A stretch of DNA of 64,000 nucleotides from Eledone cirrhosa (lineage: Eukaryota): contig OZ024740.1 in the NCBI GenBank assembly GCA_964016885.1, positions 16,492,001 to 16,556,000 of the forward strand. The letters run 5' to 3'. The notes under the pieces were generated by a model that saw only the letters and a program-made list of their open reading frames with translations, was not told the DNA's origin and did no database searches. How positions within the stretch are numbered: the first letter of the stretch is position 1; every line of letters begins with the position of its first letter. The position numbers and the translations under genes were made by a program. Positions 13,901 through 29,449 of this stretch are shown here, one piece after another.

Positions 13901-16900
13901 TTTACAGGGAGACATCAGTGTAAATGTGGTGGCATCTGGACAGAGGTTTACAGGGAGACATCAGTGTAATTATGGTGTCTTCTGGACAGAGCTTTACAAG
14001 GTGATATCAGAGTAAATATGGTGGCTTCTAGACAAAGCTTTACAGGGAGACATCAGTGTAAATATGGTGGCTTCTAGACAGAGGTTTACTGGGAGACATC
14101 AGTGTAAATATGGTGGCTTCTAGACGAAGTTTTACAGGGAGACATCAGTGTAAATATGGTGGCTTCTAGACAGAGCTTTACAGGGAGACATTAGTGTAAA
14201 TATGGTGGCTTCTAGTCAGAGCTTTACAGGGAGATATCAGAGTAAATATGGTGGCTTCTAGACAAAGCTTTACAGTGAGACATCAGTGTAAATATGGTGG
14301 CTTCTAGACAGAGGTTTACTGGGAGACATCAGTGTAAATATGGTGGCTTCTAGACAAAGTTTTACAGGGAGACATCAGTGTAAATATGGTGGCTTCTAGA
14401 CAGAGCTTTACAGGGAGACAACAGTGTAAATATGGTGGCTTCTAGACAGAGCTTTACAGGGAGACATCAGTGTAAAAATGGTTGCTTCTGGACAGAAGTT
14501 TACAGGGAGACATCATTGTAAATATGGTGGCTTCTGGACAGATGTTTACAGGGAGACATCAGTGTAAATATATTGGCTTCTAGACAGAGGTTTACAGGGA
14601 GACACCAGTGTAAATATGGTGGCTTCTGGATAGAGGTTTACAGGGAGACATCAGTGTAAATATGGTGGCTTCTGGACAGAGGTTTACAGGGAGACATCAG
14701 TGTAAATATGGTGGCAGCTGGACAGAGGTTTACAGGGACACATCAGTGTAAATATGGTGGCTTCTGGACAGAGCTTTACAGGGAGACATCAGTGGTGTAA
14801 ATATGGTGGCTTCTGGACAGAGATTTACAGGGAGACATCAGTGTAAATATGGTGGCATCTGGACAAAGGTTTACAGGGACACATCAGTGTAAATATGGTG
14901 GCTTCTAGACAGAGCTTTACAGGGAGATATCAGAGTAAATATGGTGGCTTCTAGACAGAGCTTTACAGGGAGATATCAGAGTAAATATGGTGGCTTCTAG
15001 ACAAAGCTTTACAGGGAGACATCAGTGTAAATATGGTGGCTTCTAGACAAAGCTTTACAGGGAGACATCAGTGTAAATATGGTGGCTTCTAGACAAAGCT
15101 TTACAGGAAGACATCAGTGTAAATATGGTGGCATCTGGACAAAGGTTTACAGGGACACATCAGTGTAAATATGGTGTCTTCTGGACAGATGTTTACAGGG
15201 AGACATCAGTGTAAATATATTGGCTTCTAGACAGAGGTTTAAAGGGAGACATCAGTGTAAATATGGTGGCTTCTGGATAGAGGTTTACAGGGAGACATCA
15301 GTGTAAATATGGTGGCTTCTGGACAGAGGTTTACAGGGAGACATCAGTGTAAATATGGTGGCAGCTGGACAGAGGTTTACAGGGACACATCAGTGTAAAT
15401 ATGGTGGCTTCTGGACAGAGCTTTACAGGGAGACATCAGTGGTGTAAATATGGTGGCTTCTGGACAGAGATTTACAGGGAGACATTAGTGTAAATATGGT
15501 GGCTTCTAGACAGAGCTTTACAGGGAGATATCACAGTGAATATGGTGGCTTCTGGACAGATGTTTACAGGGAGATATCAGTGTAAATATGGTGGCTTCTG
15601 GACAGAGGTCTACAGGGAGACATCAGTGTAAATATGGTGGCATCTGGACAGAGGTTTACAGGGAGACATCAGTGTAAATATGGTGGGCCTAGACAGGTTT
15701 ACAAGGAGACATCTGTGTAAATATGGTGGCTTCTGGACAGATGTTTACAGGGAGACATCAGTGTAAATATGGTGGCTTCTGGACAGAGGTTTACAGGGAG
15801 ACACAGTGTAAATATGGTGGCTTCTGGACAGAGCTTTACAGGGAGATATCAGTGTAAATATGGTGGCTTCTGGACAGAGGTCTACAGAGAGACATCAGTG
15901 TAAATATGGTGGCATCTCGACAGAGGTTTACAGGGAGACATCAGTGTAAATATGGTGGGCCTAGACAGGTTTACAAGGAGATATCTGTGTAAATATGGTG
16001 GCTTCTGGACAGATGTTTACAGGGAGACATCAGTGTAAATATGGTGGCTTCTAGACAGAGCTTTACAGGGAGACATCAGTGTAAATATGGTTGCTTCTAG
16101 ACAGAGGTTTACAGGGAGACATCAGCGTACATATGGTGGCTTCTGGACAGAGGTTTACAGGGAGATATCAGAGTAAATATGGTGGCTTCTAGACAAAGCT
16201 TTACAGGGAGACATCAGTGTAAATATGGTGGCTTCTGGACAGAGGTTTACAGGGAGACATCAGTGTAAATATGGTGGCTTCTGGACAAAGCTTTACAGGG
16301 AGACATCAGTGTAAATATGGTGGCTTCTAGACAGAGCTTTACAGGGAGACATCAGTGTAAATATGGTGGCTTCTAGACAAAGCTTTACAGGGAGACATCA
16401 GTGTAAATATGGTGGCATCTGGACAAAGGTTTACAGGGACACATCAGTGTAAATATGGTGGCTTCTAGACAGATGTTTACAGGGAGACATCAGTGTAAAT
16501 ATATTGGCTTCTAGACAGAGGTTTACAGGGAGACATCAGTGTAAATATGGTGGCTTCTGGATAGAGGTTTACAGGGAGACATCAGTGTAAATATGGTGGC
16601 TTCTGGACAGAGGTTTACAGGGAGACATCAGTGTAAATATGGTGGCAGCTGGACAGAGATTTACAGGGACACATCAGTGTAAATATGGCGGCTTCTGGAC
16701 AGAGCTTTACAGGCAGACATCAGTGGTGTAAATATGGTGGCTTCTGGACAGAGATTTACAGGGAGACATTAGTGTAAATATGGTGGCTTCTAGACAGAGC
16801 TTTACAGGGAGATATCAGAGTGAATATGGTGGCTTCTGGACAGAGGTTTACAGGGAGATATCAGTGTAAATATGGTGGCTTCTAGACAGAGCTTTACAGG

Positions 16901-19900
16901 GAGATATCAGTGTAAATATGGTGGCTTCTAGAAGGAGGTTTACAGGGAGATATCAATGTAAATATGGTGTCTTCTGGACAGAGCTTTACAGGGAGATATA
17001 AGAGTAAATATGCTGGCTTCTGGACAGAGCTTTACAGGGAGACATCAGTGTAAATATAGTGGCTTCTGGAGAGAGGATTACAGGGAGACATCAGTGTAAA
17101 TATGGTGGCTTCTAGACAGAGATTTACAGGGACACATCAGAGTAAATATGGTGGCTTCTAGATAGAGGTTTACAGGGAGACAACAGTGTAAATATGGTGG
17201 CTTCTAGACAGAGATTTACAGGGAGACATCTGTGTAAATATGGTGGCTTCTGGACAGAGGTTTACAGGGAGATATCAGTGTAAATATGGTGGCTTCTAGA
17301 CAGAGGTTTACAGGGAGACATCAGTGTAAATATGGTGGCTTCTAGACAGAGCTTTACAGGGAGATATCAGAGTAAATATGGTGGCTTCTAGACAAAGCAT
17401 TACAGGGAGACATCAGTGTAAATATGGTGGCTTCTAGACAGAGGTTTACTGGGAAACATCAGTGTAAATATGGTGGCTTCTAGACAAAGCTTTACAGGGA
17501 GACATCAGTGTAAATATGGTGGCTTCTAGACAGAGCTTTACAGGGAGACATCAGTGTAAATATGGTGGCTTCTGGACAGAGGTTTACAGGGAGCTATCAG
17601 TGTAAATATGGTGGCTTCTAGACAGAGCTTTGCAGGGAGAAATCAGTGTAAATATGGTGGCTTTTGGACAGAGGTTTACAGGGAGACATCAGAGTAGATA
17701 TGGTGGCTTCTAGACGGAGGTTTACAGGGAGACATCAGTGTAAATATGGTGGCTTCTGGATAGAGGTTTACAGGGAGACATCAGTGTAAATATGGTGGCT
17801 TCTGGACAGAGGTTTACAGGGAGACATTAGTGTAAATATGGTGGCTTCTGGACAGAGGTTTATAGGGAGATATCAGTGTTAATATGGAGGCTTCTGGACA
17901 GAGGTTTACAGGGAGACATCAGTGTAAATGTGGTGGCATCTGGACAGAGGTTTACAGGGAGACATCAGTGTAAATATGGTGTCTTCTGGACAGAGCTTTA
18001 CAGGGTGATATCAGAGTAAATATGGTGGCTTCTAGACAAAGCTTTACAGGGAGACATCAGTGTAAATATGGTGGCTTCTAGACAGAGGTTTACTGGGAGA
18101 CATCAGTGTAAATATGGTGGCTTCTAGACAAAGTTTTACAGGGAGACATCAGTGTAAATATGGTGGCTTCTAGACAGAGCTTTACAGGGAGACATTAGTG
18201 TAAATATGGTGGCTTCTAGTCAGAGCTTTACAGGGAGATATCAGAGTAAATATGGTGGCTTCTAGACAAAGCTTTACAGGGAGACATCAGTGTAAATATG
18301 GTGGCTTCTAGACAGAGGTTTACTGGGAGACATCAGTGTAAATATGGTGGCTTCTAGACAAGGTTTTATAGGGAGACATCAGTGTAAATATGGTGGCTTC
18401 CGGACAGAAGTTTACAGGGAGACATCATTGTAAATATGGTGGCTTCTGGACAGATGTTTACAGGGAGACATCAGTGTAAATATATTGGCTTCTAGACAGA
18501 GGTTTACAGGGAGACATCAGTGTAAATATGGTGGCTTCTGGATAGAGGTTTACAGGGAGACATCAGTGTAAATATGGTGGCTTCTGGACAGAGGTTTACA
18601 GGGAGACATCAGTGTAAATATGGTGGCAGCTGGACAGAGGTTTACAGGGACACATCAGTGTAAATATGGTGGCTTCTGGACAGAGCTTTACAGGGAGACA
18701 TCAGTGGTGTAAATATGGTGGCTTCTGGACAGAGATTTACAGGGAGACATCAGTGTAAATATGGTGGCATCTGGACAAAGGTTTACAGGGACACATCAGT
18801 GTAAATATGGTGGCTTCTAGACAGAGCTTTACAGGGAGATATCAGAGTAAATATGGTGGCTTCTAGACAGAGCTTTACAGGGAGATATCAGAGTAAATAT
18901 GGTGGCTTCTAGACAGAGCTTTACAGGGAGATATCAGTGTAAATATGGTGGCTTCTAGACAGGTTTACTGGGAGACATCAGTGTAAATATCTTGGCTTCT
19001 AGACAAAGCTTTACAGGGAGACATCAGTGTAAATATGGTGGCTTCTAGACAGAGCTTTACAGGGAGACATCAGTGTAAATATGGTGGCTTCTAGACAGAG
19101 CTTTATAGGGAGACATCAGTGTAAATATGGTGGCTTCTAGACAAAGCTTTACAGGGAGACATCAGTGTAAATATGGTGGCTTCTAGACAAAGCTTTACAG
19201 GAAGACATCAGTGTAAATATGGTGGCATCTGGACAAAGGTTTACAGGGACACATCAGTGTAAATATGGTGTCTTCTAGACAGAGCTTTACATGGAGATAT
19301 CAGAGTAAATATGGTGGCTTCTAGACAGAGGTTTACAGGGAGACATCAGTGAAAATATGGTGGCTTCTAGACGGAGGTTTACAGGGAGACATCAGTGTAA
19401 ATATGGTGGCTTCTGGATAGAGGTTTACAGGGAGACATCAGTGTAAATATGGTGGCTTCTGGACAGAGGTTTACAGGGAGACATTAGTGTAAATATGGTG
19501 GCTTCTGGACAGAGGTTTATAGGGAGATATCAGTGTTAATATGGTGGCTTCTGGACAGAGGTTTACAGGGATACATCAGTGTAAATGTGGTCGCATCTGG
19601 ACAGAGGTTTGCAGGGAGACATCAGTGTAAATATGGTGGCTTCTAGACAGAGCTTTACAGGGAGACATCAGTGTAAATATGGTGGCTTCTAGACAGAGAT
19701 TTACAGGGAGACATCAGTGTAGAAATGGTGGCTTCTGGACAGAGGTTTACAGGGAGACATCAGTGTAAATATGTTGACTTCTAGACAGAGGTTTACAGGG
19801 AGACATCAGTGTATATATGGTGGCTTCTGGATAGAGGTTTACAGGGAGACATCAGTGTAAATATGGTGGCTTCTGGACAGAGTTTTACAGTGAGACATCA

Positions 19901-22900
19901 GTGTAAATATGGTGGCTTCTGGACAGATGTTTACAGGGAGACATCAGTGTAAATATATTGGCTTCTAGACAGAGGTTTACAGGGAGACATCAGTGTAAAT
20001 ATGGTGGCTTCTGGATAGAGGTTTACAGGGAGACATCAGTGTAAATATGGTGGCTTCTGGACAGAGGTTTACAGGGAGACATCAGTGTAAATATGGTGGC
20101 TGCTGGACAGAGGTTTACAGGGAGACATCATTGTAAATATGGTGGCTTCTGGATAGAGGTTTACAGGGACACATCAGTGTAAATATGGTGGCTTCTGGAC
20201 AGAGCTTTACAGGTAGACATCAGTGGTGTAAATATGGTGGCTTCTGGACAGAGATTTACAGGGAGACATCAGTGTAAATATGGTGGCATCTGGACAAAGG
20301 TTTACAGGGACACATCAGTGTAAATATGGTGGCTTCTAGACAGAGCTTTACAGGGAGATATCAGAGTAAATATGGTGGCTTCTGGACAGAGGTTTACAGG
20401 GTGACATCAGTGTAAATATAGTGGCTTCTAGACGGAGGTTTACAGGGAGACATCAGTGTAAATATGCTGGCTTCTGGATAGAGGTTTACAGGGAGACATC
20501 AGTGTAAATATGGTGGCTTCTGGACAGAGGTTTACAGGGAGGCATTAGTGTAAATATGGTGGCTTCTGGACAGAGGTTTATACGGAGATATCAGTGTTAA
20601 TATGGTGGCTTCTGGACAGAGGTTTACAGGGAGACATCAGTATAAATGTGGTGGCATCTGGACAGAGGTTTACAATGAGACATCAGTGTAAATATGGTGG
20701 CTTCTAGACAGAGATTTACAGGGACACATCAGAGTAAATATGGTGGCTTCTAGATAGAGGTTTACAGGGAGACAACAGTGTAAATATGGTGGCTTCTAGA
20801 CAGAGATTTACAGGGAGACATCTGTGTAAATATGGTGGCTTCTGGACAGAGGTTTACAGGGAGATATCAGTGTAAATATGGTGGCTTCTAGACAGAGGTT
20901 TACAGGGAGACATCAGTGTAAATATGGTGGCTTCTAGACAGAGCTTTACAGGGAGATATCAGAGTAAATATGGTGGCTTCTAGACAAAGCATTACAGGGA
21001 GACATCAGTGTAAATATGGTGGCTTCTAGACAGAGGTTTACTGGGAAACATCAGTGTAAATATGGTGGCTTCTAGACAAAGCTTTACAGGGAGACATCAG
21101 TGTAAATATGGTGGCTTCTAGACAGAGCTTTACAGGGAGACATCAGTGTAAATATGGTGGCTTCTGGACAGAGGTTTACAGGGAGATATCAGTGTAAATA
21201 TGGTGGCTTCTAGACAGAGCTTTGCAGGGAGAAATCAGTGTAAATATGGTGGCTTTTGGACAGAGGTTTACAGGGAGACATCAGAGTAAATATGGTGGCT
21301 TCTAGACGGAGGTTTACAGGGAGACATCAGTGTAAATATGGTGGCTTCTGGACAGAGGTTTACAGGGAGACATTAGTGTAAATATGGTGGCTTCTGGACA
21401 CAGGTTTATAGGGATATATCAGTGTTAATATGGAGGCTTCTGGACAGAGGTTTACAGGGTGACATCAGTGTAAATGTGGTGGCATCTGGACAGAGGTTTA
21501 CAGGGAGACATCAGTGTAAATATGGTGTCTTCTGGACAGAGCTTTACAGGGTGATATCAGAGTAAATATGGTGGCTTCTAGACAAAGCTTTACAGGGAGA
21601 CATCAGTGTAAATATGGTGGCTTCTAGACAGAGCTTTACAGGGAGACATTAGTGTAAATATGGTGGCTTCTAGTCAGAGCTTTACAGGGAGATATCAGAG
21701 TAAATATGGTGGCTTCTAGACAAAGCTTTACAGGGAGACATCAGTGTAAATATGGTGGCTTCTAGACAGAGGTTTACTGGGAGACATCAGTGTAAATATG
21801 GTGGCTTCTAGACAAAGTTTTACAGGGAGACATCAGAGTAAATATGGTGGCTTCTAGACAGAGCTTTACAGGGAGACATCAGTGTAAATATGGTGGCTTC
21901 TAGACAGAGCTTTACAGGGAGACATCAGTGTAAAAATGGTTGCTTCTGGACAGAAGTTTACAGGGAGACATCATTGTAAATATGGTGGCCTCTGGACAGA
22001 TGTTTACAGGGAGACATCAGTGTAAATATATTGGCTTCTAGACAGAGGTTTACAGGGAGACATCAGTGTAAATATGGTGGCTTCCGGCTAGAGGTTTACA
22101 GGGAGACATCAGTGTAAATATGGTGGCTTCTGGACAGAGGTTTACAGGGAGACATCAGTGTAAATATGGTGGCAGCTGGACAGAGGTTTACAGGGACACA
22201 TCAGTGTAAATATGGTGGCTTCTGGACAGAGCTTTACAGGGAGACATCAGTGGTGTATATATGGTGGCTTCTGGACAGAGATTTACAGGGAGACATCAGT
22301 GTAAATATGGTGGCATCTGGACAAAGGTTTACAGGGACACATCAGTGTAAATATGGTGGCTTCTAGACAGAGCTTTACAGGGAGATATCAGAGTAAATAT
22401 GGTGGCTTCTAGACAGAGCTTTACAGGGAGACATCAGAGTAAATATGGTGGCTTCTAGACAAAGCTTTACAGGGAGACATCAGTGTAAATATGGTGGCTT
22501 CTAGACAGGTTTACTGGGAGACATCAGTGTAAATATCTTGGCTTCTAGACAAAGCTTTACAGGGAGACATCAGTGTAAATATGGTGGCTTCTAGACAGAG
22601 CTTTACAGGGAGACATCAGTGTAAATATGGTGGCTTCTAGACAGAGCTTTACAGGGAGACATCAGTGTAAATATGGTGGCTTCTAGACAAAGCTTTACAG
22701 GGAGACATCAGTGTAAATATGGTGGCTTCTAGACAAAGCTTTACAGGAAGACATCAGTGTAAATATGGTGGCATCTGGACAAAGGTTTACAGGGACACAT
22801 CAGTGTAAATATGGTGGCTTCTAGACAGAGCTTTACATGGAGATATCAGAGTAAATATGGTGGCTTCTAGACAGAGGTTTACAGGGAGACATCAGTGAAA

Positions 22901-25900
22901 ATATGGTGGCTTCTAGACGGAGGTTTACAGGGAGACATCAGTGTAAATATGGTGGCTTCTGGATAGAGGTTTACAGGGAGACATCAGTGTAAATATGGTG
23001 GCTTCTGGACAGAGTTTTACAGGGAGACATTAGTGTAAATATGGTGGCTTCTGGACAGAGGTTTATAGGGAGATATCAGTGTTAATATGGTGGCTTCTGG
23101 ACAGAGGTTTACAGGGATACATCAGTGTAAATGTGGTGGCATCTGGACAGAGGTTTGCAGGGAGACATCAGTGTAAATATGGTGGCTTCTAGACAGAGCT
23201 TTACAGGGAGACATCAGTGTAAATATGGTGGCTTCTAGACAGAGCTTTACAGGGAGACATCAGTGTAGAAATGGCTGCTTCTGGACAGAGGTTTACAGGG
23301 AGACATCAGTGTAAATATGGTGGCTTCTGGACAGAGGTTTACAGGGAGACATCAGTGTAAATATGTTGGCTTCTAGACAGAGGTTTACAGGGAGACATCA
23401 GTGTATATATGGTGGCTTCTGGATAGAGGTTTACAGGGAGACATCAGTGTAAATATGGTGGCTTCTGGACAGAGGTTTACAGGGAGACATCAGTGTAAAT
23501 ATGGTGGCTTCTGGACAGATGTTTACAGGGAGACATCAGTGCAAATATATTGGATTCTAGACAGAGGTTTACAAGGAGACATCAGTGTAAATATGGTGGC
23601 TTCTGGATAGAGGTTTACAGGGAGACATCACTGTAAATATGGTGGCTTCTGGACAGAGGTTTACAGGGAGACATCAGTGTAAATATGGTGGCAGCTGGAC
23701 AGAGGTTTACAGGGAGACATCAGTGTAAATATGGTGGCTTCTGGATAGAGGTTTACAGGGACACATCAGTGTAAATATGGTGGCTTCTGGACAGAGCTTT
23801 ACAGGGAGACATCAGTGGTGTAAATATGGTGGCTTCTGGACAGAGATTTACAGGGAGACATCAGTGTAAATATGGTGGCATCTGGACAAAGGTTTACAGG
23901 GACACATCAGTGTAAATATGGTGGCTTCTAGACAGAGCTTTACAGGGAGATATCAGAGTAAATATGGTGGCTTCTGGACAGAGGTTAACAGGGAGACATC
24001 AGTGTAAATATAGTGGCTTCTAGACGGAGGTTTACAGGGAGACATCAGTGTAAATATGGTGGCTTCTGGACAGAGGTTTACAGGGAGACATCAGTGTAAA
24101 TGTGGTGGCATCTGGACAGAGGTTTACAATGAGACATCAGTGTAAATATGGTGGCTTCTGGACAGAGCTTTACAGGGAGACATCAGTGTAAATATGGAGG
24201 CTTCTAGACAGAGGTTTACAGGGAGACATCAGTGTAAATATGGTGGCTTCTAGACAGAGTTTTACAGGGAGACATCAGTGTAAATATGATGGTTTCTAGA
24301 CGGAGGTTTACAGGGAGATATCAGTGTAAATATGGTGTCTTCTGGACAGAGGTTTACAGGGAGATATCAGTGTAAATATGGTGTCTTCTGGACAGAGCTT
24401 TACAGGGAGATATCAGAGTAAATATGGTGGCTTCTGGACAGAGCTTTACAGGGAGATATCAGAGTAAATATGGTGGCTTCTAGACAAAGCTTTACAGGGA
24501 GACATCAGTGTAAATATAGTGGCTTCTGGAGAGAGGATTACAGGGAGACATCAGTGTAAATATGGTGGCATCTAGACAGAGATTTACAGGGAGACATCAG
24601 AGTAAATATGGTGGCTTCTAGATAGAGGTTTACAGGGAGACTTCAGTGTAAATATGGTGGCTTCTAGACAGAGGTTTACTGGGAGACATCACTGTAAATA
24701 TGGTGGCTTCTAGACAGAGGTTTACTGAGAGACATCAGTGTAAATATGGTGGCTTCTAGACAAAGTTTTACAGGGAGACATCAGTGTAAATATGGTGGCT
24801 TCTAGACAGAGCTTTACAGGGAGACATCAGTGTAAATATGGTGGCTTCTAGACAGAGCTTTACTGGGAGACATCAGTGTAAAAATGGTTACTTCTGTACA
24901 GAGGTTTACAGGGAGACATCAGTGTAAATATGGTGGCTTCTGGACAGATGTTTACAGGTAGACATCAGTGTAAATATGGTGGCTTCTAGACAGAGGTTTA
25001 CAGGGAGTCATCAGTGTAAATATGGTGGTTTCTAGACGGAGGTTTACCGGGAGATATCAGTGTAAATATGGTGTCTTCTGGACAGAGGTTTACAGGGAGA
25101 TATCAGTGTAAATATGGTGTCTTCTGGACAGAGCTTTACAGGGAGATATCAGAGTAAATATGGTGGCTTCTAGACAAAGCTTTACAGGGAGACATCAGTG
25201 TAAATATAGTGGCTTCTGGAGAGTGGATTACAGGGAGACATCAGTGTAAATATGGTGGCTTCTAGACAGAGCTTTACAGGGAGACATCAGTGTAAATATG
25301 GTGGCTTCTAGACAGAGCTTTACAGGGAGACATCAGTGTAAAAATGGTTGCTTCTGTACAGAGGTTTACAGGGATACATCAGTGTAAATATGGTGGCTTC
25401 TGGACAGATGTTTACAGGTAGACATCAGTGTAAATATGTTGGCTTCTAGACAGAGGTTTACAGGGAGACATCAGTGTAAATATGGTGGCTTCTGGATAGA
25501 GGTTTACAGGGAGACATCAGTGTAAATATGGTGGCTTCTGGACAGAGGTTTACAGGGAGACATCAGTGTAAATATGGTGGCTTCTGGACAGAGCTTTACA
25601 GGGAGATATCAGTGTAAATATGGTGGCTTCTGGACAGAGGTCTACAGGGAGACATCAGTGTAAATATGGTGGCATCTGGACAGAGGTTTACAGGGAGACA
25701 TAAGTGTAAATATAGCGGGCCTAGACAGGTTTACAAGGAGACATCTGTGTAAATATGGTGGCTTCTGGACAGATGTTTACAGGGAGACATCAGTGTAAAT
25801 ATGGTGGCTTCTAGACAGAGCTTTACAGGGAGACATAAGTGTAAATATGGTTGCTTCTAGACAGAGGTTTACAGGGAGACATCAGCGTAAATATGGTGGC

Positions 25901-28900
25901 TTCTGGACAGAGGTTTACAGGGAGACATCAGTGTATATATGGTGGCTTCTGGATAGAGGTTTGCAGGGAGACATCAGTGTAAATATGGTGGCTTCTGGAC
26001 AGAGGTTTACAGGGAGACATCAGTGTAAATATGGTGGCTTCTGGATAGAGGTTTACAGGGAGACATCAGTGTAAATATGGTGGCTTCTGGACAGGGGTTT
26101 ACAGGGAGGCATTAGTGTAAATATGGTGGCTTCTAGACGGAGGTTTACAATGAGACATCAGTGTAAATATGGTGGCTTCTGGACAGAGCTTTACAGGGAG
26201 ACATCAGTGTAAATATGGTGGCTTCTAGACAGAGGTTTACAGGGAGACATCAGTGTAAATATGGTGGCTTCTAGACAGAGGTTTACAGGGAGTCATCAGT
26301 GTAAATATGGTGGTTTCTAGACGGAGGTTTACAGGGAGATACCAGTGTAAATATGGTGTCTTCTGGACAGAGGTTTACAGGGAGATATCAGTGTAAATAT
26401 GGTGTCTTCTGGACAGAGCTTTACAGGGAGATATCAGAGTAAATATGGTGGCTTCTAGACAAAGCTTTACAGGGAGACATCAGTGTAAATATAGTGGCTT
26501 CTGGAGAGTGGATTACAGGGAGACATCAGTGTAAATATGGTGGCTTCTAGACAGAGCTTTACAGGGAGACATCAGTGTAAATATGGTGGCTTCTAGACAG
26601 AGCTTTACAGGGAGACATCAGTGTAAAAATGGTTGCTTCTGTACAGAGGTTTACAGGGATACATCAGTGTAAATATGGTGGCTTCTGGACAGATGTTTAC
26701 AGGTAGACATCAGTATAAATATGTTGGCTTCTAGACAGAGGTTTACAGGGAGACATCAGTGTAAATATGGTGGCTTCTGGACAGAGCTTTACAGGGAGAC
26801 ATCAGTGGTGTAAATATGGTGGCTTCTGGACAGAGATTTACAGGGAGACATCAGTGTAAATATGGTGGCATCTGGACAAAGGTTTACAGGGACACATCAG
26901 TGTAAATATGGTGACTTCTAGACAGAGCTTTACAGGGAGATATCAGAGTAAATATGGTGGCTTCTGGACAGAAGTTTACAGGGAGACATCAGTGTAAATA
27001 TGGTGGCTTCTAGACGGTGGTTTACAGGGAGACATCAGTGTAAATATGGTGGCTTCTGGACAGAGGTTTACAGGGAGGCATTAGTGAAAATATGGTGGCT
27101 TCTGGACAGAGGTTTACAGGGAGACATCAGTGTAAATATGGTGGGCCTAGACAGGTTTACAAGGAGACATCTGTGTAAATATGGTGGCTTCTGGACAGAT
27201 GTTTACAGGGAGACATCAGTGTAAATATGGTGGCTTCTGGATAGAGGTTTACAGGGAGACATCAGTGTAAATATGGTGGCTTCTGGACAGAGGTTTACAG
27301 GGAGACATCAGTGTAAATATGGTGGCTTCTGGACAGAGCTTTACAGGGAGATATCAGTGTAAATATGGTGGCTTCTGGACAGAGGTCTACAGGGAGACAT
27401 CAGTGTAAATATGGTGGCATCTGGACAGAGGTTTACAGGGAGACATCAGTGTAAATATGGTGGGCCTAGACAGGTTTACAAGGAGACATCTGTGTAAATA
27501 TGGTGGCTTCTGGACAGATGTTTACAGGGAGACATCAGTGTAAATATGGTGGCTTCTAGACAGAGCTTTACAGGGAGACATCAGTGTAAATATGGTTGCT
27601 TCTAGACAGAGGTTTACAGGGAGACATCAGCGTACATATGGTGGCTTCTGGACAGAGGTTTACAGGGAGACATCAGTGTATATATGGTGGCTTCTGGATA
27701 GAGGTTTACAGGGAGGCATCAGTGTAAATATGGTGGCTTCTGGACAGAGGTTTACAGGGAGACATCAGTGTAAATATGGTGGCTTCTGGACAGAGGTTTA
27801 CAGGGAGATATCAATGTAAATATGGTGGCTTATGGACAGAGGTTTACAGGGAGACATCAGTGTAAATATGGTGGCTTCTAGACAGAGCTTTACAGGGAGA
27901 CATTAGTGTAAATATGGTGGCTTCTAGTCAGAGCTTTACAGGGAGATATCAGAGTAAATATGGTGGCTTCTAGACAAAGCTTTACAGGGAGACATCAGTG
28001 TAAATGTGGTGGCTTCTAGACAGAGGTTTACTGGGAGACATCAGTGTAAATATGGTGGCTTCTAGACAAAGTTTTACAGGGAGACATCAGTGTAAATATG
28101 GTGGCTAATAGACAGAGCTTTACAGGGAGACATAAGTGTAAATATGGTGGCTTCTAGACAGAGCTTTACAGGGAGACATCAGTGTAAAAATCGTTGCTTC
28201 TGGACAGAGGTTTACAGGGAGACATCAGTGTAAATATGGTGGCTTCTGGACAGATGTTTACAGGGAGACATCAGTGTAAATATATTGGCTTCTAGACAGA
28301 GGTTTACAGGGAGACATCAGTGTAAATATGGTGGCTTCTGGATAGAGGTTTACAGGGAGACATCAGTGTAAATATGGTGGCTTCTGGACAGAGGTTTACA
28401 GGGAGACATCAGTGTAAATACAGTGGCAGTTGGACAGAGGTTTACAGGGACACATCAGTGTAAATATGGTGGCTTCTGGACAGAGCTTTACAGGGAGACA
28501 TCAGTGGTGTAAATATGGTGGCTTCTGGACAGAGATTTACAGGGAGACATCAGTGTAAATATGGTGGCATCTGGACAAAGGTTTACAGGGACACATCAGT
28601 GTAAATATGGTGACTTCTAGACAGAGCTTTACAGGGAGATATCAGAGTAAATATGGTGGCTTCTGGACAGAGGTTTACAGGGAGACATCAGTGTAAATAT
28701 GGTGGCTTCTGGACAGAGGTTTACAGGGAGGCATTAGTGAAAATATGGTGGCTTCTGGACAGAGGTTTACAGGGAGACAACAGTGTAAATATGGTGGGCC
28801 TAGACAGGTTTACAAGGAGACATCTGTGTAAATATGGTGGCTTCTGGACAGATGTTTACAGGGAGACATCAGTGTAAATATGGTGGCTTCTAGACAGAGG

Positions 28901-29449
28901 TTTACAGGGAGACATCAGTGTAAATATGGTGGCTTCTAGACAGAGGTTTACAGGGAGACATCAGTGTATATATGGTGGCTTCTAGACGGGGGTTTACAGG
29001 GAGACATCAGTGTAAATATGGTGGCTTCTGTATAGAGGTTTACAGGGAGACATCAGTGTAAGTATGGTGGCTTCTGGACAGAGGTTTACAGGGAGGCATA
29101 AATTTAAATATGGTGGCTTCTGGACAGAGGTTTATACGGAGATATCAGTGTTAATATGGTGGTTTCTGGACAGAGGTTTACAGGGAGACATCAGTGTAAA
29201 TGTGGTGGCATATGGACAGAGCTTTACAATGAGACATCAGTGTAAATATGGTGGCTTCTGGACAGAGCTTTACAGGGAGACATCAGTGTAAATATGGTGG
29301 CTTCTAGACAGAGGTTTACATGGAGACATCAGTGTAAATATGGTGGCTTCTAGACAGAGGTTTACAGGGAGTCATCAGTGTAAATATGGTGGTTTCTAGA
29401 CGGGGGTTTACAGGGAGATATCAGTGTAAATATGGTGTCTTCTGGACAG

